A DNA stretch of 64,000 nucleotides from NCBI GenBank assembly GCA_934476455.1, contig CAKSNY010000005.1, forward strand, positions 31,455 to 95,454. Direction: 5' to 3'. The stretch's first letter is position 1. Each line of letters starts with the position of its first letter. Origin of the DNA: an uncultured Clostridia bacterium. Its GTDB lineage: Bacteria > Bacillota > Clostridia > UMGS1883. Shown piece after piece: positions 1 to 10,301 of the stretch. The notes under the pieces were generated by a model that was given only the letters and a program-made list of their open reading frames with translations, was not told where the DNA came from and did not search any database. The position numbers and the translations under genes are program-made.

Positions 1-3000
1 ATACGCTTTTTCTTCACATATAGTCAGTATAAAGCTCTTTGATGTGCTATATGCTCCGTTCGAAATATTTGCCGTAAGCATTGTTGTCTGCGCACCGCTT
101 CCGTATGCAGGCGGATTTATCAATGCAACCGTATTCCCTTCGCCATTCTGCGTTATGGTAAGGTATCCGTTCGATACAGACCAACCGATACTTGTTCCAA
201 ACTTCCAGTCAGTTACAAGATTAAGCGGCAGCGTTACCGCCTTTATAGATTCACTGCTGATGTTTGAGAATGAAAGCTCCTCTGCCGCACGCTCTACTTT
301 TTCTTTATCGGATATAAACGGTTTTACGGTAAAGGTGAAGGTTTTTTCCAGATATGCATAACGCTTACTTATCCTTGCGGTAAGAGTTACGGTCTTTTCC
401 CCTTCGCCTGCATCGGGATTTATGACATTGCCGCCGTTATCGATAACATCTTCATCACTTGATACCCAGTTAACCTCTACCCCGCCTTCAAATTCGGTTT
501 GCAAGGCAATATTCCGCGTTATTGCATTTGGGTCTTCTGCCGTAATGTAAGCTTCGGTCAAAAGATTATAAACATCATTTACCAAAACATCATCTGACGG
601 GAGCTTTGTAACCGTTACATTAAAATTACGGCTCTGCGTTATGCCCTCCAACACAGTTTTTGCAGTAATGGTTACTGTTTTATCGCCATCTGTAAATTCG
701 GGCCGTATTATATATGCGACATAGTTTGCAATGCGGATAACATCAGTGTTATTTGACGACCACGTGATTGCGCTCATATTTACACTGCCTGTTTTATCAA
801 GGCTGTAATCCTTTAAAAGTGTTTCCGGCATTGTGATGGCATCAAGGTCCTCCTGCATTGTTTTTACAGGGTTTTTAAGCACCTTAAGATTAAACGTAAC
901 CGGTAAGCTTTCCCCGTTATAAGAAAGTGTTGCCGTAAGTACTACATCAATATTTGTGTCGCCGCGAACAACCGTGCCGTCGCTCTTAATAACATCGGTG
1001 TTACTGCTTGACCAGCTGATTGCTGCGCCCTCAATGCTGTAAATAAAATACAGTCTGTTTCTGATTGCGTTTGCTTTTTCATATGTTATCAGGCTTAAAT
1101 CAAGCGCTCCCCTAGCCTTTTGAAGAACGGCCTTTGCAGTAGGATATGCTTTAACTGTAAGTACAAAGGTACGTGTGACATCCTGCGCACCTGCTTTACA
1201 AAGTGTTGCAGTAAGGATAACAGTTTCATCACTCTCTCCAATTGCAGGTCTTGTTACAAATCCGTCATTTGTTATAACATCAGTTTTATCAGATTCCCAC
1301 GAAATTGCAACGCCATCAGGAGCCACAATAGGAAGTATTCGAAGATGCTTTGTTATCTCTGTCAGCTTTTCGTAGCTGATACGCTCCTCCGTAAGCCAAT
1401 TCTTCGCAACTGCGTTGAGGGTATTATCAGCCGTTATACTGTCGCTCTTTAAAATCTTTAAAGCAAAGCTTTTTGAAAGCTTTGCATTCTGCACCAGTGA
1501 GGAGTCATCACTGCAGAAAATTTGTGCCGTCAGCTTCGCTTCCTGCGTATAGCTGCTGCGTGTTACCTTTCCGTCATCGGTCAGTACGTTTTTGTTATCG
1601 CTTTCCCACGTTACGTTTTTTCCTGAAACAATTAGCGGAAGCTCGTTTAAATCTGCAGTTATCGCGCCAAGAGGCTCGTCTGATATATCCTCTGCCGCTA
1701 ACTTGTCAGCTATAGCGGTAAGTTCTTCTTCTCTGTCCTTCCAGATAGTCACATCGTCAACATGCCACTTACCCTTTGTGCCTTCTTTCTGAATATCAAG
1801 CTCTACCGTTGATATATCGCCCCTATCATTAGCCGCGCCCTCGTAATAAAAGGCAAGAGGTACGGTATTTATTTTTTCGCCGTCTATATATACATCATAG
1901 GTGCGGTTTTGGGTGTCAGCCTCTATTATAAGCTCAAACCATCTATCCATCGGAAATTCTCCGAGAGCAGCGGTGCTTTTGTTCCTTCTGGCAGTAATTG
2001 TTCCCGCTGAATTAAAGGAAAGATATATCATATATTCTCCGTTAGTCCAGTAGTTTGAAAGGGCGCTGTCACGCACAACTACGGTAAAGGGCTTGTCGGA
2101 AGCTTCCTTTACATTAAGCCGCATCCCGATCTTTACCAATCCCGTAAGACCTTTAACTTCACCGTCTCTGTTACGAAGAGTAACGTAGGGGCGTTCATTG
2201 CCGCTGCTGGAATTAAAGCGGGTAAGCTCCAGCAGGTAGTTATTCATTTTATCCGGATCCATAATAAAGTTGGAGGTGTATGTCTTGTTCGCTCTGTCAG
2301 TACGATCCCAATTATTGTAACCGTAAACAGTGCTGCCAATCTTTGAATTATCAACAGTAAAGTTACTGTAGTGGTGTACTTCCCACGTTTCCTTGAAATT
2401 TGCATCCTTTATCGAATACTTGGGAATTATTTCAGGAAGCTCCCGCGCTACATCCACCGTCACGTTAAATTCCTTCTTTGCCGTTGCCCTTTTAAGACAC
2501 GCCGCATCTGCATCGGAGATTATATTTGCAGTCAGTGTAACATCCGTTTTTTCATTGCGTGCATAAACAACACCGTCTTTTGTAATAACATCGGGCAGGC
2601 TGCTTTCCCACTCAATCTTATATCCGTTCATTTCGGCAGGAAGATTAAGGTTTTTTGTTATATTATCAAGGCTTTCTGTGGAAATAACACTGTCTGTCAG
2701 CAAATCTTTAAACGCCGCAAAGTCATCTGTGCGGTCTTTCCACAACGCTGCATCATCAACATACCACGTGCCGGCAGTTCCTGTTTTTTCAATATTGTAT
2801 TCAAGAACTGCAACAGTAGAATTATGTGTTGAACTGTAAAAGTCGGCTGAAACGGAATTTATCTTTACCCCGTCAATATACACGTCATATACCTTTGCCG
2901 TTGTGTCAGCCTTTATTTCAAGATGAAACCACTTACCACGCGGATATGTTCCTATCTGCGTTTCCTGTGTGGGGGTCTTTACGGATATTTTCCCGTTTTT

Positions 3001-4281
3001 AAACAGAAGCATAGCAATGTATTTGCCGTTCACCCAGTATTGACTGCCGGATGCCTGGCTGTCACGAAGTGCAACAGTAAAATTAACGTCGGATTCCACC
3101 TTTTCTTTAAGGCGCATACCTGCGTCTACCCTGCCTGACAGAGAAACTGCATTGCCTGAGGCATCTCTTGCCACGCTGTACACTGCCTCCTCCTTTTGAG
3201 ATGCACTCCCCGTATAGGCGGTACGCACCATCTCCATAACACCGTTTGCAGTATTTTCCGGTTCTTTTATAATGTTTGTGGAAAGAGAATAGAATGAACG
3301 GTCTATTCTGTCCCATTTTTGATACTTTCCGTGTATTTGGCACACGCATTTTCCAAGGATTGCGTCAGCTGCCGTAAAATCACTGTAATGCGCTACATCC
3401 CATTCATCTTTAAAATTTCCGCCTACATACGGGTAGAGGCTCTCATCAACGGGGGTATCCTCTTCCCCGAAGGTATAAATCTCCACATCATCAATATAAA
3501 ACACATCATCGCTTTGTGCATTTGCGCCGAAATCTGCACCTGTAATATTCTTCCACGATTTAAATGAAAGATACCCTATATTTGATGCATCATTTGCGGT
3601 CTGCGCACTTCCGTTATAAAACGGTACGCCAACTGTATTGAGTTTTGAATTATCAAGATACACATCAAATGTACGCGAAGCTGTATCAATGATGAAATCA
3701 AGCTTAAACCACGTATCCTGTGCGCTGTATTTTCCTAAGCTTACGGCAGTTTCGCTTGAAGAAGAAGTCGAATAAATATCTCTTTTCGCCCATTTGTTAT
3801 TTTGCAATGGCTCACGAATTCTCAGGCGTATAATACTCTTTCCGTTTTCATCCTGAAGATCTATATAAAAGCTTGTCGAATATGTTGCGGCAACATTTAC
3901 ACGCATACTTGCCTTTATCTTTCCGCTGAGCGGTATATTATTTTTCCTCAGGCTTATGCAGGGAAGCCTCACACCCTCCTCATTATAGGGTGTAACGCTT
4001 TTCAAAACATGGTTTGAAGAGTCCTTGGGGTCTGCCACAATCCGGGCATACGAGGTTCCGGAGCCTGATGAAGGCGCCCACCCGTTATACGAAAGGGTGC
4101 TTATGTCGTTTCCCAGCTTATCGGCTTCAATTGTAAAGTCACTTTTATGAAACAATATCCACTTTGCATCATCAGGGGCAATATCTGCCGCACCGCCCAA
4201 AAGCGGCGGAATAATTATTACAGAGGCCAACATTGAAAGCACGCATACAAGCGCCGTCATTTTTTTTAATTTCAATTTCAT
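1..4281 (-). CDS. Giant secreted surface protein. The 5' end is in the window and the C-terminus lies off the left edge (at least 1427 aa). It has a signal peptide, LamG/concanavalin-like beta-sandwich modules and 7 short Ig-like modules.
   Basis: It is absent from the ORF track because there is no stop codon in the window. Hand translation of the minus strand from ATG 4281 (RBS AAGGGGG at 4288-4294) gives MKLKLKKMTALVCVLSMLASVIIIPPLLGGAADIAPDDAKWILFHKSDFTIEADKLGND. I re-checked the frame at 2700 (LTDSVISTESLDNITKNLNLPAEMNGYKIEWESSLPDVIT) and at 1800 (LDIQKEGTKGKWHVDDVTIWKDREEELTAIADKL). No complete ORF in this frame is listed, so the frame stays open to position 1. Confidence 0.8.
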   Translation of the reverse strand, partial: MKLKLKKMTALVCVLSMLASVIIIPPLLGGAADIAPDDAKWILFHKSDFTIEADKLGNDISTLSYNGWAPSSGSGTSYARIVADPKDSSNHVLKSVTPYNEEGVRLPCISLRKNNIPLSGKIKASMRVNVAATYSTSFYIDLQDENGKSIIRLRIREPLQNNKWAKRDIYSTSSSSETAVSLGKYSAQDTWFKLDFIIDTASRTFDVYLDNSKLNTVGVPFYNGSAQTANDASNIGYLSFKSWKNITGADFGANAQSDDVFYIDDVEIYTFGEEDTPVDESLYPYVGGNFKDEWDVAHYSDFTAADAILGKCVCQIHGKYQKWDRIDRSFYSLSTNIIKEPENTANGVMEMVRTAYTGSASQKEEAVYSVARDASGNAVSLSGRVDAGMRLKEKVESDVNFTVALRDSQASGSQYWVNGKYIAMLLFKNGKISVKTPTQETQIGTYPRGKWFHLEIKADTTAKVYDVYIDGVKINSVSADFYSSTHNSTVAVLEYNIEKTGTAGTWYVDDAALWKDRTDDFAAFKDLLTDSVISTESLDNITKNLNLPAEMNGYKIEWESSLPDVITKDGVVYARNEKTDVTLTANIISDADAACLKRATAKKEFNVTVDVARELPEIIPKYSIKDANFKETWEVHHYSNFTVDNSKIGSTVYGYNNWDRTDRANKTYTSNFIMDPDKMNNYLLELTRFNSSSGNERPYVTLRNRDGEVKGLTGLVKIGMRLNVKEASDKPFTVVVRDSALSNYWTNGEYMIYLSFNSAGTITARRNKSTAALGEFPMDRWFELIIEADTQNRTYDVYIDGEKINTVPLAFYYEGAANDRGDISTVELDIQKEGTKGKWHVDDVTIWKDREEELTAIADKLAAEDISDEPLGAITADLNELPLIVSGKNVTWESDNKNVLTDDGKVTRSSYTQEAKLTAQIFCSDDSSLVQNAKLSKSFALKILKSDSITADNTLNAVAKNWLTEERISYEKLTEITKHLRILPIVAPDGVAISWESDKTDVITNDGFVTRPAIGESDETVILTATLCKAGAQDVTRTFVLTVKAYPTAKAVLQKARGALDLSLITYEKANAIRNRLYFIYSIEGAAISWSSSNTDVIKSDGTVVRGDTNIDVVLTATLSYNGESLPVTFNLKVLKNPVKTMQEDLDAITMPETLLKDYSLDKTGSVNMSAITWSSNNTDVIRIANYVAYIIRPEFTDGDKTVTITAKTVLEGITQSRNFNVTVTKLPSDDVLVNDVYNLLTEAYITAEDPNAITRNIALQTEFEGGVEVNWVSSDEDVIDNGGNVINPDAGEGEKTVTLTARISKRYAYLEKTFTFTVKPFISDKEKVERAAEELSFSNISSESIKAVTLPLNLVTDWKFGTSIGWSVSNGYLTITQNGEGNTVALINPPAYGSGAQTTMLTANISNGAYSTSKSFILTICEEKAY

Positions 4282-4292
4282 TGTGCACCCCC

Positions 4293-6965
4293 TTAACCTT
4301 CAATAATAACTACCATTCTTGTATTATTGTAGCGTTGCCATACAAACACATCCTGCCCTATATGAATATCCTCGTGGCGCATAGGCTCTACCTTCTTTTT
4401 CTCTCTGTCATAACTGTATATAACAGTGCCGTCACCGATATATATAGGAACATCGTAATTGGGAACGCCGTTTCGTGTTGTGTTTAAAGTCATTCCCGGC
4501 ATATTGTAGCGCGACACCGTACCAAAGGAGCAAATCATTGCCGCATTTGGCTGCGGCTGATACGAGGTTTTATCCCAATTCTGGAAAGGCATTGCCAAAG
4601 CATCATTACAGTCAAAAAGTTTCTGATAAACCTCTGCCACACGGTCATCTTCGCTATAAAGCGCACGCTTTAACAGCACGTCATTATCCTGATATTGAAT
4701 AATTACGCCGGGTTTTATATCATGCTGTGCCTGGGGATTTGACGAAAGTGTATCAGATGCAAGGACTTGCTTTTTACCATCGCTCTCGTATCCTTCTATC
4801 ACCATATAATCCCTGCCTTCACCATTTACCGTATGATATACCTTTTCAACAATCATTACAGGCGAATTGGCAGAGCTTATATAAACCTCACTCGCCTTTG
4901 TGTCAGGGGTGAAACGTTCCGTATTATCCGTCATAACTATAGCGCCTATGCGCATATTGTCCACATCATAAAGTGTCATCGGCTTATTTGCACCGTTTGA
5001 AATTAAAAGCTGTGCTCGTGAAACCGAAAAATCCTCCTCATAAAAACCGCCGTTGGGAATACGGAAAAGAAGAGTTTCCTCGTCTGCTATAAATTCCTGG
5101 TCAATAATCCCATTGCTGTAATAACGCTGAGAAAGGGGTTCGTCCAGAGAGAAATTATTCTTATCCCCTGCCTGTGCTGCAAGATATATAGCATCTATCT
5201 CTCCATCATTTCCAAGGCTGTAGCTTATAAGCTCCTTGGTATTTTCGTTTGCAATCATATACTGTGCAGCATCGGCGGCAGTCATTTTTGTTTTGCTGTA
5301 CGATGAACCCGTTTTTCTGCCGAAGGTTATCCTTTTCTTTCCGTCAAGTTCCATATTTCGGAAAACATTATCCTCCGTCAGTATACGAAATCCTGCCTTA
5401 TGTGCCAGTGTACCGCTTACTGCAACATTTGTTACATATCCGTAATAACGTTCCTTGGCATTACCATCTTCTATAATCTTGTCGGCAGCAACGATTTTTC
5501 CTGCATCGTCAAACAGGAACATAGCTTTATCCCCAAGTGCAATTTCCCCGTATCCGTCTAAGTTTTTTTCCTTTGCGTCAAGATAGCTCTGCGACACACG
5601 GTATTCTTTACCGTCAACCGTATAATGCACGGGGGATTCTTTATCCCATGCCTCAAGTGTTCCCGTAACAGGCTGTGCTTCGTTTACAAAAATCCACGTA
5701 TATTCACCGTCAAGGCTTTTTGCAGCCCATATTACACTGCCTGCAAGAAGTGATGACGGCTCGACCTTCTCACTGCCCTTTTGAATAAGAATAACCCTGT
5801 CTTCGTCCTCTTTTCCGATATTTACATATTTTGAATATCTGCCGTAAATATTTTTATCCGTTACAGAGGTAACTACTATTGTTTCATAGCTCCATATAAC
5901 AACCGTATCATATGCGCCGTCACGGTTTGTATCGGCAAGGATTACCTCTCCCGACTCGGGATGAAGAAGCGATGCCTTAAGGTTTTGCGTTGTCACAGTA
6001 TTGCCGTTATATACATACGTCATTGAGGAATTAAGTGTTTCGCTGTAAGTTTTATTATTCAGTGTCCACACAATTTTGCCGAGAGTGGTTGCATCGGCAT
6101 CAATATCCTCCGCTTTAATCGTTTCTGTATAATCTGTATTGTAGCTTCTTGTCATAAAGACAACGGTGTCCTGACCTTTTTCATTTTCCTTCACATATGC
6201 CTCAACCGTTTTTGTGAAAAAGCCTGTGCAGGAAGAAAGTGTTGTTTTATACACAGTTCCGGAGATGGATACCTCATCCTCCTTAAGTGCGCTTGCCCCC
6301 GTAAGTGATGCGCCGTAAATTCCGTCTACAAGACCTTTTACAATTTTTACATCCAAAATGCCGAGCAGTGTTCCTTTACCGCGGACGTACGTTTTATTTT
6401 CAGTATTGAAGGTCATTTCCATCATCGGCGCTTCAAGTGCGTTTGCAAGAAGGCGTGCAATCGTTTTTCTTGCAGCAGCCTTTTCCCCCGTTTCCACACC
6501 GCCAAGAAGATTAAGGCTTACCGCCTGTGCAAGATAGCCTGCGGGATATCCCTGTTTTTCGGCGGCAACACTGTAACCGAGCGAGGATACCAGCATCTTT
6601 ACAGCCTGATTGACAGTTATATTATCCATAGGTCCAAAGCTTAACCCGTCATAACCCGAAACAATACCTATGTTGTACGCAAGGGTGATATATCCCGATG
6701 CCCAGTTACCTCCCTCTACATCCCAAAACGGAGTTTCAGGCACGGGTGCGCAGATGCTTTCATAGCCGTTTATACGCATCAGCATTGCACAAAATTCTGC
6801 ACGTGTAATAAGTCCGTCAGGTCTGAGGTCACCGTCCTCATATCCCCTTATAATACCAAGCTGATTCATAAGAATCATAGCCTCATCGGTTGTTACGGCA
6901 AATGCAGCTGATATATTAAAAATCAGCAGTGACGCCACTAAAAGCACGCATATAATTTTTTTCAT
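4293..6965 (-). CDS. Secreted S-layer-homology (SLH) anchored protein, 890 aa, function unknown. Paralog of 49942-52773.
   Basis: Signal peptide MKKIICVLLVASLLIFNISAAFA. N-terminal SLH repeats are present (LITRAEFCAMLMRI; FWDVEGGNWASGYITLAYNIGIVSGY...ITVNQAVKMLVSSLGY; GYPAGYLAQAVSLNLLGG). The beta-rich remainder carries ADTNRDGAYDTVVI, matched by LTDNDGDGVYDVLN in the 943-aa paralog. Confidence 0.85.
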   Translation of the reverse strand: MKKIICVLLVASLLIFNISAAFAVTTDEAMILMNQLGIIRGYEDGDLRPDGLITRAEFCAMLMRINGYESICAPVPETPFWDVEGGNWASGYITLAYNIGIVSGYDGLSFGPMDNITVNQAVKMLVSSLGYSVAAEKQGYPAGYLAQAVSLNLLGGVETGEKAAARKTIARLLANALEAPMMEMTFNTENKTYVRGKGTLLGILDVKIVKGLVDGIYGASLTGASALKEDEVSISGTVYKTTLSSCTGFFTKTVEAYVKENEKGQDTVVFMTRSYNTDYTETIKAEDIDADATTLGKIVWTLNNKTYSETLNSSMTYVYNGNTVTTQNLKASLLHPESGEVILADTNRDGAYDTVVIWSYETIVVTSVTDKNIYGRYSKYVNIGKEDEDRVILIQKGSEKVEPSSLLAGSVIWAAKSLDGEYTWIFVNEAQPVTGTLEAWDKESPVHYTVDGKEYRVSQSYLDAKEKNLDGYGEIALGDKAMFLFDDAGKIVAADKIIEDGNAKERYYGYVTNVAVSGTLAHKAGFRILTEDNVFRNMELDGKKRITFGRKTGSSYSKTKMTAADAAQYMIANENTKELISYSLGNDGEIDAIYLAAQAGDKNNFSLDEPLSQRYYSNGIIDQEFIADEETLLFRIPNGGFYEEDFSVSRAQLLISNGANKPMTLYDVDNMRIGAIVMTDNTERFTPDTKASEVYISSANSPVMIVEKVYHTVNGEGRDYMVIEGYESDGKKQVLASDTLSSNPQAQHDIKPGVIIQYQDNDVLLKRALYSEDDRVAEVYQKLFDCNDALAMPFQNWDKTSYQPQPNAAMICSFGTVSRYNMPGMTLNTTRNGVPNYDVPIYIGDGTVIYSYDREKKKVEPMRHEDIHIGQDVFVWQRYNNTRMVVIIEG

Positions 6966-6982
6966 AATCTTTCGCCTCTTTC

Positions 6983-9900
6983 CTATTTAACAATCACCTT
7001 AAATTTGACAAACGTATTTCTGTCTTCCGAAAAGCCCGTAAGGGTGGTTTCCCCCTTTGTATAGGCGGTCAATGTATTCGTTTCAGAATTAAATCTTGCA
7101 ACGCTCGGATTCTGATTATACCAGTTTACCGTCTTATTTTCCGCATCGTCGGGATAAATTGTTACCTTGATTTTTCTTTCTTCATTCTGTGATAAGAAAT
7201 ACTCTTGCTCATCGGTTTTTATCGATTTAACCTTCACACTGTCAAGCGGCACCGCCCATGCATTCCAGGCGGACATTCTTTTTGAAAGAAATCTTCCCGT
7301 ATATTCCTCTATAATATCTGCCGTAAACTGTGCGCCGTTGGGACAATAGTAGGTAACAGAAGAAAGCGTCCCTCTTATTGCGTGCTCCAGAAGGTACAGA
7401 CTGTATGGCATTGCATCATTTTTACCGCACCAGCGAATGTTTTTATATGAAGTACTGTCCTTGAAAATTCTGTTGTGATAATATGCGTCAATTATATTCT
7501 CCGCAATTTTTCTCGCAAGGTCGAGATATGCACCGTTTCCCGTAGTTTCATATAAATATGATGCAATTATGCTGTTCATCGGTGTTTGATTTGTTGTAGA
7601 AAGATTGACACCGGGATTTGTTGAGCCATACTCTCCCCAATCTCCAAGGCCTCGCTTTTCTGCCATATTTCTTAGTGTTTCCCATATAATTCTGCGCTCC
7701 GTCTCTTTATCGGTACGGTGCGCCGTTTTACTGAATACCGTAAGATACGCTAAAAACATCGAGTCCGTTACGCTTTCCTCCCGCATAACGTAATTAATGC
7801 TCCGGTTATAATAATATCCCGGTCTTTCAACAATGAATCCCGTCATATCCACACCGTTTGCCCATATGGGCTTCACCTTGTCGGTGTTGGGGTTATATGC
7901 AATTTTCGCATAATTTGAAAGTCTTTTAAGGTTATAGTTCTCAATTTCCTTTACCCAGTTCTCAAGCAAAAGCTTTTCCTCTGCAGATGCATTTGCTGCT
8001 GCATTGTTAAGCTCGTCAACAAGAATAAATTCTACAGGCTGTGCAGAAAATTCCATATAGCTGGTGCCAAACATTGCATTTGCTTCTCTGCACTGGTTTT
8101 CTGCTTCCTCCTCTGTCATAAGCCCTTTCCTTACAACTTCATCCTTAAACTGAACGTATGCGCGGTCTCCATAGGTTGTCCATGTATATACAGAGTTGTA
8201 TTCAAGTATTTTTTTTATCCATTCGGGGCTGTCTATCGGGTCGGGAAATTCTTTTACGCCCGGGGCGCCGTATGCCGTAGTAAACATATATCCGCCAAGT
8301 CCCGTATTTTCATCGCACACATCTGCAAACTTTTTCCAGAGTCTGCGCGCCCATTTAAGCGCATTTACATCGCCTGATGTTTTGTAAGCCTCTGCCATTA
8401 TGTACAAAAAGTCGTTCGCCGCAAGGCGAAAACCACAGTTTAGTGTAGGAACAAGCTCCGGTCTGTATGCCTCATCATCAAATTCACTGTTCCACCACGA
8501 AAGTTCCGGCTTAGCCGTAAAGCTTCCGTGACGGTTAAAGTCAAACGTATTAAAATCTTTTATATGTATGCTCCACACGCTCTGCGCAATTGTAAGGGGC
8601 AGCGAAGGGTCAACTCTGCCAAAGGCATCAAGATAGACAAAATTATCTTTAAGCTCGTGCGTATTTACATCGGGCTCCGCTTCGTTTGGTGTACCTGTCC
8701 TTAAATCCACAGCCGCATGTCCTCCCCAATACGGCAGGCTGTTCGCAGGGGAAAGATAGTGGTCTACATAATACCGATGAATTTCATCTACTCTGTCTTT
8801 GTACTTATCATCATATATCCAGTTACCTATACCGTCCATCATCCTCATCAGATTTCCTTGCGAGGCAAGGTCTGATAGTACTGCCGGTGCAGGATTTTTT
8901 GTAGTTGTGGGATACGGCCATTCATACGGCATATCGGTAAGGGTATTGTAACCGTCGGATATAAGCGGTGTTCCGTTCCACCTGTCTGCCCCAAGCTTTA
9001 ATATTTCATCTAAAAACTCTGTCAAAATGTTAACTCTGTCATTGTCCTCCATACACGTTTTCCAGTCAAGAAGCATAATATCGCAGCTTTTCGATATCAA
9101 TGGATTTTCCTTGGAGGTTGCTTTAAGAGTTATTTTACTGTTTCTGTAACGGTCAAGCTTTCCGCCCGTTGTTATAATTCCCTTTTCCGGATCAATTGTG
9201 ACCTCCGGCGGAACATTTCCCTCCAGCGACCACGTTACATTACCCTCCATTTCATCTGCGGTCGAATTTAAAAGCGCCGCCTTGTACAAAAATTGGTTGC
9301 TGTCCTCTTTTCTCCAGCAAATTCTGGCAGGGCCCTGTATTTTTATATTATTGAGCGCATCCTCTGTAAGGTCTACCGTCATTGTATAGTTAACAGAGGC
9401 ATCATCTCTGCTCTTTACAAAAATATCAAATCTGGTTGCCGCTGCACTGTCCGTAACCTTCAGTATCAAAGTGTTTCCATCAATACTTGCCTGTATTCCG
9501 GAAACGGGCGCAAACATATAATCAACTGCCGCACCTTCAATCTCAATACCGCCGCTGTCTAAAACTGCCGCAGTATAGGTATAGCTTCTCTCACCCGTTT
9601 TCGGAATACTGATTTTATCGGGACCTTTAAGCTTTATACTTCCCTGCTCCTGACTTGTGTATATTCTGATATTATCAACATAGTGACCCGGAGAATAGCA
9701 TGTATAGCTTGAAAAATAGTCTGCCTTATAATCACTTACCGGAAGATTTTCCGCAATCATTGTGTTTGAAAGAAATACATCTGCTGTCTTTTTTAAGAGA
9801 TCAATCCTTATTTTTAAATCATACCAGCGGTTTGCAAGATAATTTTCCACAATCGTTATCCTTGTAATACCTCCGCTGCGGTATACAATATTTCCGCTTT

Positions 9901-10279
9901 CAGTTTCAAGGGTAACAATCGGCTCCTGCTCGCGCCCTACCGCAAGAATTACCACGCCATCGTTTTTTACACTTTTTTGCATATAGGACATTTCCACTGC
10001 AAGCGGAATATTGCTGTAAGTGGTTCCAAATTCCTTTTTAAGCGTAGTATACCGGCCATCCCTTGTATTTTCTATAAGAACGGCTTTGTTGTTATAAAGC
10101 TCTTTAACCTCAATATTGCCGCCGCCCTCGCCTAATGTAAAGCCTGACGGGTCAGTGCCTGCCGTTTCGCTTTCAAAGTCAGTATTTATTATAAATAAAG
10201 AGTCTGCTGTCAATGCTTGGTGCGGCATTATTACCGCTATAAGACTTACCGACAGTAGTATCGAAAGTATTCGTTTCAT
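6983..10279 (-). CDS. Secreted multidomain protein (about 1098 aa): LamG-like module, 2 Ig-like modules, a roughly 600-aa core of unassigned family, and a C-terminal Big_2-like domain. Candidate extracellular polysaccharide lyase or hydrolase.
   Basis: The ORF track entry 6983-10288 starts at GTG. The ATG at 10279 has AAGGAG 8 nt upstream and gives the signal peptide MKRILSILLSVSLIAVIMPHQALTADS. The C-terminal VTIYPDDAENKTVNWYNQNPSVARFNSETNTLTAYTKGETTLTG is Big_2-like. I cannot assign the core to a family by eye. Confidence 0.7.
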   Translation of the reverse strand: MKRILSILLSVSLIAVIMPHQALTADSLFIINTDFESETAGTDPSGFTLGEGGGNIEVKELYNNKAVLIENTRDGRYTTLKKEFGTTYSNIPLAVEMSYMQKSVKNDGVVILAVGREQEPIVTLETESGNIVYRSGGITRITIVENYLANRWYDLKIRIDLLKKTADVFLSNTMIAENLPVSDYKADYFSSYTCYSPGHYVDNIRIYTSQEQGSIKLKGPDKISIPKTGERSYTYTAAVLDSGGIEIEGAAVDYMFAPVSGIQASIDGNTLILKVTDSAAATRFDIFVKSRDDASVNYTMTVDLTEDALNNIKIQGPARICWRKEDSNQFLYKAALLNSTADEMEGNVTWSLEGNVPPEVTIDPEKGIITTGGKLDRYRNSKITLKATSKENPLISKSCDIMLLDWKTCMEDNDRVNILTEFLDEILKLGADRWNGTPLISDGYNTLTDMPYEWPYPTTTKNPAPAVLSDLASQGNLMRMMDGIGNWIYDDKYKDRVDEIHRYYVDHYLSPANSLPYWGGHAAVDLRTGTPNEAEPDVNTHELKDNFVYLDAFGRVDPSLPLTIAQSVWSIHIKDFNTFDFNRHGSFTAKPELSWWNSEFDDEAYRPELVPTLNCGFRLAANDFLYIMAEAYKTSGDVNALKWARRLWKKFADVCDENTGLGGYMFTTAYGAPGVKEFPDPIDSPEWIKKILEYNSVYTWTTYGDRAYVQFKDEVVRKGLMTEEEAENQCREANAMFGTSYMEFSAQPVEFILVDELNNAAANASAEEKLLLENWVKEIENYNLKRLSNYAKIAYNPNTDKVKPIWANGVDMTGFIVERPGYYYNRSINYVMREESVTDSMFLAYLTVFSKTAHRTDKETERRIIWETLRNMAEKRGLGDWGEYGSTNPGVNLSTTNQTPMNSIIASYLYETTGNGAYLDLARKIAENIIDAYYHNRIFKDSTSYKNIRWCGKNDAMPYSLYLLEHAIRGTLSSVTYYCPNGAQFTADIIEEYTGRFLSKRMSAWNAWAVPLDSVKVKSIKTDEQEYFLSQNEERKIKVTIYPDDAENKTVNWYNQNPSVARFNSETNTLTAYTKGETTLTGFSEDRNTFVKFKVIVK

Positions 10280-10301
10280 AGACCTCACTCCTTTTCATGC
10301 A

